DNA of 55,316 bases, counting the filler, from Sphacelaria rigidula (taxonomy: Eukaryota): assembly GCA_964200075.2 (NCBI GenBank). It is 6 parts of 6 records of this genome, joined end to end, with 100 filler letters (N's around TTAATTAATTAA, not from the genome) between each part and the next. Parts side by side here need not be neighbours in the genome. Positions count along the whole stretch, not along the records: positions 36,947 to 46,081 come from CAXNAA020009213.1; positions 46,182 to 55,316 come from CAXNAA020009214.1; 4 more parts are not named here. One strand, given 5' to 3'. The translations under genes and the position numbers were made by a program. Each line of letters opens with the position of its first letter. The first letter of the stretch is position 1. Positions 38,330-49,016 of the stretch are shown in pieces. Below the pieces are notes generated by a model. It worked only from the letters and a program-made list of their open reading frames with translations. It ran no database searches and was not told where the DNA came from.

Positions 38330-39650
38330 CAGCACACTAATAATCATATCTCAACACTCAAGGTGTTGAGAGGAGGGCCCACCGATCGTGTTCACCAAGG
38401 GATAGCACCCCTCAGAGTGTCCACGATCATCACACATGAACACACAAACATGTAACCCCTGATGAGCGAGCGTGGTGGGTAGCTGTGAGCTCTCGAGGAT
38501 GGTAGTAGACCAACACTTCTGGGACCCGGTACTACATCCTTGCCCGGCAAGGTCATTGCAAGCTTGTTCACAATGTCACCGTCCACCGTCAACCACACAA
38601 CTCGCCGGACTCTGACCACAACATCATATGCGCCTCAGTGCGGCTCCTCGGTTGCTTCGCAACAGTAGATCTCGGCGAATCCCACTTGGGCGCACAACGA
38701 TCGACCGACGTGCAAGAATATCTGGCACCGATAGGCGTGAGCGACTAACCCAGCTAGCTCATCACCAGCGAGCTCAAAAACAGGATAGACCTGGCTATAC
38801 AGCCAGTTCACTGGCTGCGAACTTTACAGACGTACTCCTAAGTGCGGTCAAAAAGGTGGTACGTCGTCTGATCCGAAAGCCGCGTGTACCGGAGTGGTTC
38901 GAGGACGCTGCCATCCGAACGGAGTTCGAATAGGCAAATAACGGAAGGAAAACGGCGAGATCGATGGTGCGACTGGAACCATATACCCGCATGGCGCACA
39001 TTGCGAGCAGGGTGCAAAAAGGTCAAAGAGGTAAATCCACGTCGGGGTGGAGAGGTACCTGGGTGTGTATGCTAGAGCGCAGGAGTAGTATATTCGGGTT
39101 GGGGACATCAGATGATGGCATAGACATCTCAGAGGAGGGTGCAGACTGTCGGGACAAGTAGAGAGCGAGCAAGCAGTACATCCGAGACGAGCACGGGAAC
39201 ATACTGCAAGATAACGGTTTCATCCGTGGAAGATGGGAACGGTACTTCTTCACATTATTGAACACCATATCGGCAACCATCGACCGAGCCGTCACCGAGC
39301 ACATTGCGCAACGACCAATAGCGCTGTCACTTCGACAGCCGCCAAGCCCAAGTGAGACCGAGGAGGCTGAGAGCGAGCGGCAAAGCAACGCGTCCGGATG
39401 GTCTATCTGCTGAACTCCTGGAGTTAGGATTGAACGGGGGGTTTTAGAGATTCTGTTCCACCTTTACAGCATCAACGCTGCAATCAAGGCGTCGGACGAG
39501 GTGCCGCAGGAGTAGAAAGATGTCACTCATCAAAGTGCAACACAAGAAGAAGGATGGGACCCGGTGTGGTAGCTACAGAGGAATTTCAGATGCTGCTCAA
39601 GTCCTAAATAACGTAGCCAACAGGCTGGTTAATTTTCGTGAGGGAACAGA
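38330..39650 (+). mobile_element. Degenerate LINE (RTE-like): APE endonuclease end, linker and RT N-terminus; antisense in the YHS intron
   Basis: KLVHNVTVHRQP...DSDHNIICASVRL (APE SDH motif), YIRDEHGNILQD...RWERYFFTLLN, PDGLSAELL and HKKKDGTRCGSYRGIS. Confidence 0.85.
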
Positions 39651-40657
39651 TATTTGCGTTTTGATAGGACACGGCCAAAGTGGCGGGGGTCGGCAAGCAC
39701 AGATTATTGCGCACGAATTTTGGTTCAGCGGTCAATCTCAAAACCTCGGAGCCAAGCGAATCTGAAAGGCAGACTAGGCTCCTCTCTGTGGGATGATGCA
39801 AAGTGTCCGAGACGTGTGATGGCGGTTTTCCCTGTTTGGGGGTCAAAAGGTGAGTCAACCATCCCAAGAGTGAACAATCCGTGGGCCAAAAACCTGTTTG
39901 TCATAACGTCCTGCCTTAGAATGTTTTTCTGGTTTTTGCAGAAACTTTGATCGCTCTCAAGTGTATGTTTTTTTTTCTTGGCATCCCCGGGGAGGTTGTG
40001 GGTAGTGATGATACAAAAATTGCGTCTAAATTTCAGCACCCAACGCTATGGATTACCCACCGCCCCGCCCGGATACATTCGCAAATCACTGTCAGCTGGC
40101 CCAGCTCGTACAGTATTTTTTTGGCGTTGTTTGTTTGCCATGAGAACTGACCTTAGACGCGGAGGGGTCACGGCCTCGCTGACGACGGTATGCGTGAGTT
40201 TGCACGCTATGTTTTGGGCAGCGACATCGCGCGCCACCGCAGCTATAATGGTATGCACATGTTTGAACTATCTTCTCTGCTGACGGGCAACGCTGTTTTG
40301 TCCATGAAAGAGTGTGGGAGGAAATATCTACGACTACGAACACACCTAAACGCGGCGCAATTGCCGCCGGCATATTTTGGATATCGGCTTCCTTTGTCCT
40401 CCAGAGTATCCGATACGATTTTCCACAACATCTCATGTGCCCCAACACCCCCCGCCGAGATGGCGATATCTCAATACACACAGTAGCTGCAGAAACAAAT
40501 CAAATTGCTCTGTGCAGCTAAGACGCATCTCTGTCAGCCCTCGACGTCGCGGCTGCACATACCCTTGCCGTAGATACAAATGATGACGTATAGTAGGGTT
40601 CAATTTTTGCAATTTACGCACAATCCCGAGAACCAATTGGTGCAACTTTGATGTTAA

Positions 40658-41701
40658 CCCTTTTGCGACCGGGCCTCCAGACCGACCAATGAGGCTGGTC
40701 AGGAATGACGTGTCTGGCGTCTGCACGAAACGGTGGAGTGATGCTGAAACTCCGCGTATGTAACCGCAGGGTCATGATGAAGATCGAACGTTTCACCCAA
40801 TCTATTTTCAGGTGCAGGGTGAGCATTAGGTGGTGTACATTTGATGTAGCAAGCAGTATGGGTCGTGGTAGAGAGCTTGCAACAAGATGCGGCAACCGGC
40901 GGGCCGCCCGCCACTCGTGGCTTTGGACGATACTTTTGTCCCCACCACCTTGCCACACAGCCCTTTGTGGTCGGGATGCGCCACCATTTCCCCGTTTGTT
41001 GCATGCGGCAAATCCTCTTCGAAGGGTATCAGCGTTGCGGCGCGCATGCATACAACAGTATACAATAGTACAGTACAGTGTTGTACGCCTCTCCGACTGA
41101 AGCAGCAGCTGCCGCTGCATACTCCCTCGCACGTTCTGGGAAATTCTCAGCTACCGAAATCAGCTACCTGTATACAGCTTTGTCATCCCCATCCACTACA
41201 TACAAGTGGACTGCACACTGCAAGTCATCGGCAGAGGGATACGCAGAACTCATTACGGTAGCTCCTCTTGTCATTCCACAGCCCACCTGGATTTTGTGCC
41301 TCGTGAAAATGACCATATTGTAGCATGTACACTCCTTCCCGGCTTGTCCGGTCGACCCTGTGTTAGTGTAATTACTACGATTTAGTATGGAATTGTGACC
41401 CAAAAAACCCACCGGAAAGCTCGGGAACGGTACACTGAGTGCAAATCATATCATACAACCAAGTTCCGACCGCCCTGCACTTGGAAACCTGCGAAGGCTT
41501 ATCTGGGCCAGGGATAGGGCCCCCACGCGATCTTTACAGTGGCATCATACTCGCCAATAATCCCAGCACTGGTCGTTCGGGTCTGGTCGATAAATTTCGC
41601 CTCGCCGTGATTGGGCAGGTCGCTCGGAGACGACTTGTTTTTTTTATTATTTCACTGACACAGGGTCAACCCTGTGCTAGTGGGGCTCGGTCCCAAAAGG
41701 G
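40658..41701 (+). mobile_element. ~1.05-kb piggyBac-like non-autonomous element (copy 2, in the YHS gene intron)
   Basis: TTAA|CCCTTTTGCGACCG ... CGGTCCCAAAAGGG|TCAA; homologous throughout to 28134-29189. Confidence 0.8.
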
Positions 41702-42791
41702 TCAAACGATGGCCATGAGCAATGACTACCTGCCTCTTGAGTACCAGCTGGCTGCCATTCGTGCAGCGCGGGTTATCTGCGATCGCGTGTAGGTCGGCCG
41801 TATTGGAAAATGGCTTTGGGCTTGTACAGATTTTGTCGACTTTTTCCCCGGTTATCCGTCGATCGTTCGTGTGCTGTACTGGATGGAATTGAACAGTACT
41901 TCGACGGAGGGGTAGTTGAGGATAAGTACTACAGCTGTACTGTACATCACCATGGTTGTCATCATTTCGCCCTGTCAACTTATTTACTTCACCAAGTCGC
42001 GTTTTGGGGGGGGTGGTGTAAAGAACGTGACACTAAACTGGGCGAAACACTGGGAGAAAATAGAGCATATACTTGAGCACGACCAGGAACTTCGCAAGAC
42101 GACAAGCAGAGGAAAAAGTCAGCAACCGATAGCAAAATGCAGGGGTAGGTCAGTTTCCGTGTTAAGCCAGCTTCCCCCAGTCGTCCCTAGTTGAACACAA
42201 AGCGGGACGCCCTCTCGAGCCACGTTACACCGCAGGCCATTCCAGTCCAGCACGCAGTGTAATATAAGGGTAAACAGTAGGACTTCACAACTCGAAAAGA
42301 CAGCAACGTAAGCAACATGCTGCCAAAGCAAAGGAGCGAAACAGCAAGGAGTCCTGTCGGATGCCAAATTTTTGACAACTGCAGCTTGGGATATACACAT
42401 CCGTCATGGCGGGGGTGATCGTCCTGGGTGTGTCCTGGATCCCATCGAGTGTCACGGAGTATAAAAACCCCAGGTGACGACTTCGTCGTTCACGTCTCTT
42501 CTTCAGCAGATGCTGCACTCCTCCTGACATGCTATATCCCGTGTATCGAACCACCTAGGTGGCATCATTCTATTGACACGAGTGTAGACGGCCAAGCCTC
42601 CAGCATTTCTTCAGGAAACTGATGTAGAAAACGTGATCATCATGTGCGGGTGCCACCGTGCTTTTCAGTACAGTAGGGTCACGAAAGAAAACAACGACCA
42701 CCACGCAGTTTGATCGACCATCTGACATTGGCTGATAGCAGTAAAATCTGACTCTTCTTGTAGTCAACACACCTCAAACGAATCAACACAC

Positions 42792-43358
42792 CTCAAACGA
42801 ATCCTTGTTCTCCTTGGAGACGAAGTAGAACTTGTAGCCGTTCAGAGCAGACATGTGCTCCGGGGAGCCGAACACAGCTTCCTGTCCCGCCTCGAGCGAG
42901 AAGTAGGCAACAACGTCCGCTCCATTCAACACGGGCCACTCGGCATGACCAGCGCAGATCTCAGTCGCATGGATCGAGACTTGATCCACCGTGTGTCTTG
43001 TGCTGAACTCGTCCACAACACCAGTAGCCGATATCATGTTCGTGTTGGTGTTTTCACGTCTTGTGGCTCTCCCTCGTGAGAATAGATATCTAGCAGAGGC
43101 GGCGGAGAGGAAAAATGTACCTAAGACGCTCAGGACTGTGAGAAACAACCCTCGAGCGCTAGCTCGCTGTGGGCTGTTGTAGGGGTACGTGGGTGCACCC
43201 GAGTCTTCCCTCATAAACCGCCTGGTCGCACGCCATGAACTGACATCCTCACGGTCGTTGCAACTGCTACTATCAAGGGTCGGCGGAGAGACTTGATGGG
43301 CTCGGCTCTCCGTCGCCTCTCTCTTGGTTGTGGCCAGATCGTTGTACGTCGTAGGCAT
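42792..43358 (-). CDS. YHS-domain protein, first coding exon (N-terminal membrane anchor plus start of YHS domain)
   Basis: ORF MPTTYND... with hydrophobic GLFLTVLSVLGTFFLSAASARYLF and VLNGADVVAYFSLEAGQEAVFGSPEHMSALNGYKFYFVSKENKDSFE (G.D.VAYF and F.S.EN...F motifs); donor GAG|gtgtgt. Confidence 0.85.
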
Positions 43359-43687
43359 CTGCACTGCGGGACAGCTTGATATGCTTTATGAGTGTTGATG
43401 CTATGCTTCGAGCGGGAGGGTGGTGTTTTCCGTATGTGTCGTCGAAATCGTGACCAGTTCCCCGTGAGCTTGTCGTGAGTTGTCGCAAAGTTGTTCCGAT
43501 GTCTGCCATCTGCGCGGTACAGTACTCCCCCTGGGCATCTGCTGACAGGGCTCATTACCGAAATGATCGGGGAAAATGGTTGGTACCGTGAATGAGGTGC
43601 AGAGTGTCTTTGGCAAACTTTGCATTGACAGACATTGGTCTCTGCTGGATGCGTGCGCCATCAGTTTCACAATTTCTGTCTGTAACG

Positions 43688-44636
43688 ACTTTTATACGCT
43701 GGGATATGATCTTTTTTGGCCTGGGATCTGGCCAAATCCCAGAAAACGCACTTTATGCACCCCGGATTTGACCAGATCCCAGCGAAAAAAAAATCGTGTG
43801 TCACGCTCTCGGAACGGTGTTCTGGAACCTGGAGTCGAGATTTCAGAACTCTTAAATCTGGGTGAGTGTGACGTACGTGGATTGACATACACTCCCAGAG
43901 TACGAGGCGTTTGGTATTTTTGCAACGGCAGCAGAAGACAGTCTCGTGACAGCACAGGGCGTGTGTACTGCCGCCCCAGCTGCTGAAGCAACTTTGCATG
44001 GGGTTTGACAAGCGGATAACAAGTGCTGACGCCATACCCTACGGCGATTGTAATATTTTATACTGCGCTGCGCTGCCATATGTATCACTGTAACGAACGC
44101 TACTACACTCTCCTAGCTGATGTCGCTGTGCTTGAGGGGTGATGTGCGGCACCGCACTTTTGAACTCTGCTCGCACACTGTTTGTCCTCTGTTCTCGCAA
44201 TACCGACTGTGCCATCATGTACTGCCACAAGGCATTACCATGTACTGTACTAATCAAGTGTCCTACACTATATTACCCTAGGGTATCAAGGTACGACATT
44301 GTACTCGAAGGATTGTTCACCGCCTGCCTGCTCTTCGGCTTCATGCACGCAGTACGACCCTCATACAAAAAATGACCGTCTGTGTACAGGACCGTTTCAC
44401 AAATCTGTGATACTGTACCTTCTGTGTCTTCATCCTTCCAGAGCATGACACTGTCTGTCTGTAGAACTCTGCCCCTCGAAATCCCAGCGCAGCATGAAGT
44501 GGTCAGGCCGCTTCTTACAGACTTGAAAAAGTCCCTGGGGAAAGTCGTCACTGGGATTCTGATATCTGGGATTTGAGCCCCGGGAATTTAGTCAGATCCC
44601 AAGCCAAAAAAAAATCATATCCTAGCGCATAAAAGT
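43688..44636. mobile_element. ~950-bp non-autonomous TIR element upstream of the YHS gene
   Basis: ~55-bp TIR ACTTTTAT.CGCT.GGATATGAT.TTTTTTGGC.TGGGATCTG; absent from the paralogous duplicated segment at 45040-45362. Confidence 0.7.
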
Positions 44637-45414
44637 TAAGTAAAGCAAAAAATAAGAATGAAAGGACCCAGAAAAAGTCAAACACACACGACGGTAGACC
44701 ATTGTGTATCGCAACTGTAGTGTACCGTACTCTACTCTACTCTACCAGCTACTCTACCTTGACTCTACTTGGATTTCCTGTTTCCTGTTTCGAAGAAATC
44801 TGTGGTTTTTGTGGCGGATGACGAATTGTAGGATCAAGTTATGAAGTGGAGTATGAAGGCACAACAGGATGGTGGATATTACGGTGAGAGAACGAAAAAG
44901 GCACACGCGCCCACCGATCAGTTATGTTCAGTTCCCAAGCCCAGAAAGCACTCCGCGCTCGGCGACACTGAGTAAGGCAGCGACAGTCGAGTACAGTACC
45001 AGTGTTGGTTTTCGAACGTGTTCGAATCAATTTGCATAGTACTCCTCTTGGACATCTGCTGCCAGGGCTGGTTATCAAATGAATGATGGGGGAAAATGGT
45101 TGGTACCCTGAATGAGGTGCCGCCCTAACCCCGACCAATGCATGAGAGATGCCTCGGGCACGGGAGGTGCAGAGTGTCTTTGGCAAACTTTGCTTTCATA
45201 GTCCTTGGTCTCTGTTGAATTGCGTGTACCTTCACACTTACTCTTTCTGTCTGTACACTCACAAAATAAGGTATAAAGGAAAGAAGAAAAAAAATGAAAA
45301 GGAACCAGAAAAAGTTACACAGCCATAGACACGACGGTACTGTAGACCATTTTGTATCGCAACCAATCCGTTTTTGTACAAATACGAGGATTTCAGATTT
45401 CAGCCCATCTACTA

Positions 45415-45974
45415 CAGGCGATTTTCTCCCGTGAATTGATGTTTCGGACCCCAGTCCGTTGGGACGGACCCCAGTCCGTTGGGCAATGTTTTTCGCCTAC
45501 GAGTACTCGTAGCTGTCATCAAACCAGATCGATCCTCCGATTCTCTGCTGGAGATTGACTTCTGGTTCATCACCCTTCTGCTCAGATCGGGTGACTCCCG
45601 CATCTCCCCCAACCCCCGGGAGGCGCCGGGTTGGGACTTGTGGTTCATCATCTTTCTGCTCAGATCGGCAGACTCCCGCATCTCCCCCAACCTCCGGGAG
45701 TCGTAGCTGTCATCAAACCAGATCGATTCTCCGATTCTCTACTGGAGGTTGACCGCTGGTTCATCACCCTTCTGCTCAGATCGGCGGTCTCCCGCATCTC
45801 TCCCGGGGATCGGGGGGGAAGAGGGCGGAGTCTGCCTTTTTGAGCAGAAAGGTGACAAACGAAAATTCAACGTCCAGAGAACGGGAGAAGTGATCTAGTT
45901 TCATCACTGCGAGGCGAAAAACGCCCAACGGACTGCGGTCCGAAAAAACAACCCACGGGGGAGAAAATCGCCTG
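45415..45974. mobile_element. Tc1/mariner-type MITE with internal tandem duplications
   Basis: TA|CAGGCGATTTTCTCCCCG ... GGGGAGAAAATCGCCTG|TA; internal direct repeats at 45505-45612 and 45700-45800. Confidence 0.8.
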
Positions 45975-46894
45975 TAAACAACGGTTGTGACGTCATGACA
46001 TATATATATATATACATAAGTAGTGCGCTCGCTGGGATATTCGTCATCATTTGTGATACACAGACGGTGCAGTTGGGATCGNNNNNNNNNNNNNNNNNNN
46101 NNNNNNNNNNNNNNNNNNNNNNNNNTTAATTAATTAANNNNNNNNNNNNNNNNNNNNNNNNNNNNNNNNNNNNNNNNNNNNGGATGTCTGACACACTTAT
46201 GAGCCTCTTTTTTCGTGCAACCAAATACCCCTCCCCCCCTATCGTAGGATGACTCTGGACTAGCTCGTCTATATTGAACGTAAGGGTACCACCCGCTAAA
46301 AATTTACACAAAAAAAGTAAATGAAGGGCTCCCATGAAAATTGGTCACCCGGCCCGAAAATGCAAAAATGCGCACCGCCGAGTTCGGTATATCTCACCGG
46401 ATGGATCGGAATCTCACCGCTGAGTTATCTTGTATAACCCACCCGACCGAAAACATGCGGAACATGGCAGGCAGTCAACACTGGTCACTTGTGTAAGTGA
46501 AAACCCGTGACCGCATGACTCGTCTGCCGATGTATGTACTCATTAGAGCTCGGAAATGGTGTATGTTGTGTGTTGTCGTCCCATTTATTCTGAACGCCAG
46601 TCTACACCTTTCGGTATATGTGGGCGGATCAGCCGGCGTCACACAGGAGAAAGGTCAACACAGGAGCTTTTTCGGGGGGTTTTGTTTACAACATCCCACC
46701 TTCCTTCTACGGTGCTTGCCTTTTTTTTATCGCGAGAGGGGTTCAGCAGTCCATTTCCCTCGTCGATCGTTGAGTCGAATTTTGTGTACCCACGACATAG
46801 CCGCTCTCCACTGTTGGGCATGTGATACAGACAAACGGTATAGTAGCCTCTCAGGCTTGTCCGTGCACTAGTTCGTTTTTACTTCTATCTCAAT

Positions 46895-47442
46895 TGTTAT
46901 GGTTACCACGATCGCTCCTCAAACACTGTGATGACGGATCTTCACAAGATGGGGCATAAAGTGAAATTTCCTACTTTCAACCAAACATGCGGCATATCCA
47001 CTCATGTGCAATACAGTATGCAGTGATTTGTACGTACTCGCTCACCATTTATCGCAGGGCAAAACAGTTTTCCAGCACAAGGGATGATCAGTTTAACGAG
47101 GAACAGCTCATCCTGAATGCCAGGGTGTCTTGTTCACAGCTTCAGGCGATGGTATTTCTCTTTTGCACTAGTGGTTTTGAATCTCATGTCTCAGGTCACT
47201 TCGTTCCCTTCCATAGGAGTAAAACCCAGGGGGCCGGCTTTCACCGATTCTGAAAGAACCGAGTTTAAGCCGGATGTAAAGAGGCATGTTTATGTAACCG
47301 TCTTCGTACGGGCTCAAACATCCTCCCCCCTGACCGCGGCACGTTGCCAGTTCCCGCAGTCAGCCCTCCGGGACTTTTCCATCAGATTAGATGGGCCCAT
47401 CATTGTACTGCCCTTCCTCCATGTATGCCGCGATCCATAACA
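46895..47442 (-). mobile_element. Putative 3' LTR (548 bp) with adjacent polypurine tract and decayed internal region to about 48060
   Basis: Termini TGTTATGG...CCATAACA form a perfect 8-bp inverted repeat; PPT GAGGGGGGG lies immediately upstream on the minus strand (47443-47451). Confidence 0.6.
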
Positions 47443-48240
47443 CCCCCCCTCAGGCCTAGGGTTGACAAACCCTGGGGCTGAACGTGGTTCGACGATAGAT
47501 CGCCGCGTTACCACCTTCTTGTCCTCCAGTATTCGGCGTTGGTTTCGTGTAGCCGTCGATCTTAGTCCTTTTTGCCGAGTTAGACCACTTAGGGAATTTA
47601 AACATCGTGCAGAACAATCTCAAACAGTCTCGGCAACTCCCGCTCTTGTAGATCTCTCTGCCGGGTTAGAAACGATCCCATCCAGTCTGGAGAAGTCCTT
47701 GATCTTGTTGACCGCTCTGCCGGGTTAGACCGCGTAGGGAATTTAAACACCGTACAGAAACGATCCCATCCAGTCCGGAGAAGTCCTTGATCTTGTTGAC
47801 CGCTCCGGGCTGTCCGTAAACCGTTTGCGGATCTTGGTACATCGGGGAATCTACCGCGCAATTTAGCCCCTTTCTGCTCGAGATGGTTTATCAGATGGAC
47901 GTGGCCTGGTCTGCGGTTGATATAATTCCCACAAGGCATGAAACACATCCAACTGTAACGCAGTGTATCACAATCTCCATGATTCAAGAGTCACGAGGGC
48001 GGTGTCTGGAAGAAACGTTTTCAGTCATCGACGGCGTGAGAAACGATGAAACCAGTAACATGAATAGCAGCGCTTCATCAGTACAACGATAGCAAACAAG
48101 ACAAAAATAGGGGAAGGAGAACGAAGGGAACAGCAATATAATCGGACAAAAGAGGTTCACGCGTGTGCATTTGGCCAGGGTATCGCGTGTCGGGGACAGC
48201 CAGGTATAAATTCATGGACTCCCAAGGGAATTCTGATTCC

Positions 48241-48767
48241 ATGTCAACCTGTTCGGACAGCATAGGAAACTCCTGGCCGCTTGTCCACCTGTTCGGACAG
48301 CATGAGAATTCCTGGATCTCTGTCAACCTGTTCGAAAACACATGAGAAACTCCTGGCCCCCTGTCAACCTGTTCGAAAACACATGAGAAATCCTGGATCT
48401 CTGTCAATCTGTTCGCGCGCACAAGGGAACTCCTGGCCCCCTGTCAACCTGTTCGAAAAGATATGGGAAATCCTGGATCTCTGTCAACCTGTTCGCGCGC
48501 ACAAGGGAACTCCTGGCCCCCTGTCAACCTGTTCGAAAACATATGGGAAATCCTGCCCCCCTGTCAACCTGTTCGAAAACATATGGGAAATCCTGGATCT
48601 CTGTCAACCTGTTCGCGCGCACAAGGGAACTCCTGGCCCCCTGTCAACCTGTTCGAAAACATATGGGAAATCCTGACTCCCTGTCAACCTGTTCGAAAAC
48701 ATATGGGAAATCCTGGATCTCTGTCAACCTGTTCGCGCGCACAAGGGAACTCCTGGCCCCCTGTCAA
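48241..48767 (+). repeat. 40-bp tandem minisatellite, about 13 units, with 120-bp higher-order periodicity
   Basis: Unit CTGTCAACCTGTTCG[AAAACATATGGGAAA or CGCGCACAAGGGAAC]TCCTGG[ATCT or CCCC]; variants recur in B-A-A order. Confidence 0.95.
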
Positions 48768-49016
48768 GACACTTTCTACGATAGCCCCCCCCCAAAACCA
48801 GCCCAAAAGTGCCATGAAAAAAATAGTCATACAGCGCCTGATGCTGGGGTTCAGGATGCATGAAGCGCCTCATATTGGCAACATTGGCGAGAACGAACCC
48901 AAGCGTGGGAATTCCCACCTGCTCGTTGCGCTCAGCTTTCCCCATTTCGATTCACGGGAAGATTTTGACTACCAAAACCATGCACTTTTGGGGGGGGTGC
49001 TATCGTAAAAAGTGTT
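48768..49016. mobile_element. 249-bp MITE inserted in the last array unit
   Basis: TIR (G/A)ACACTTT(C/T)TACGATAGC.CCCCCCC; TSD TCAA (48764-48767 and 49017-49020); the interrupted unit resumes as TCAACCTGTTCG. Confidence 0.85.

Noticed and set aside
48241-48767. CRISPR-like array with a constant 15-bp core
   Set aside because: The intervening sequences are a few recurring variants, not unique spacers; no cas genes; eukaryotic context.
48281-49008. Repeat-protein ORFs (MGNPGSLSTCS... units)
   Set aside because: Open in several frames simply because the 40-bp unit lacks stops; no splice or coding signature.
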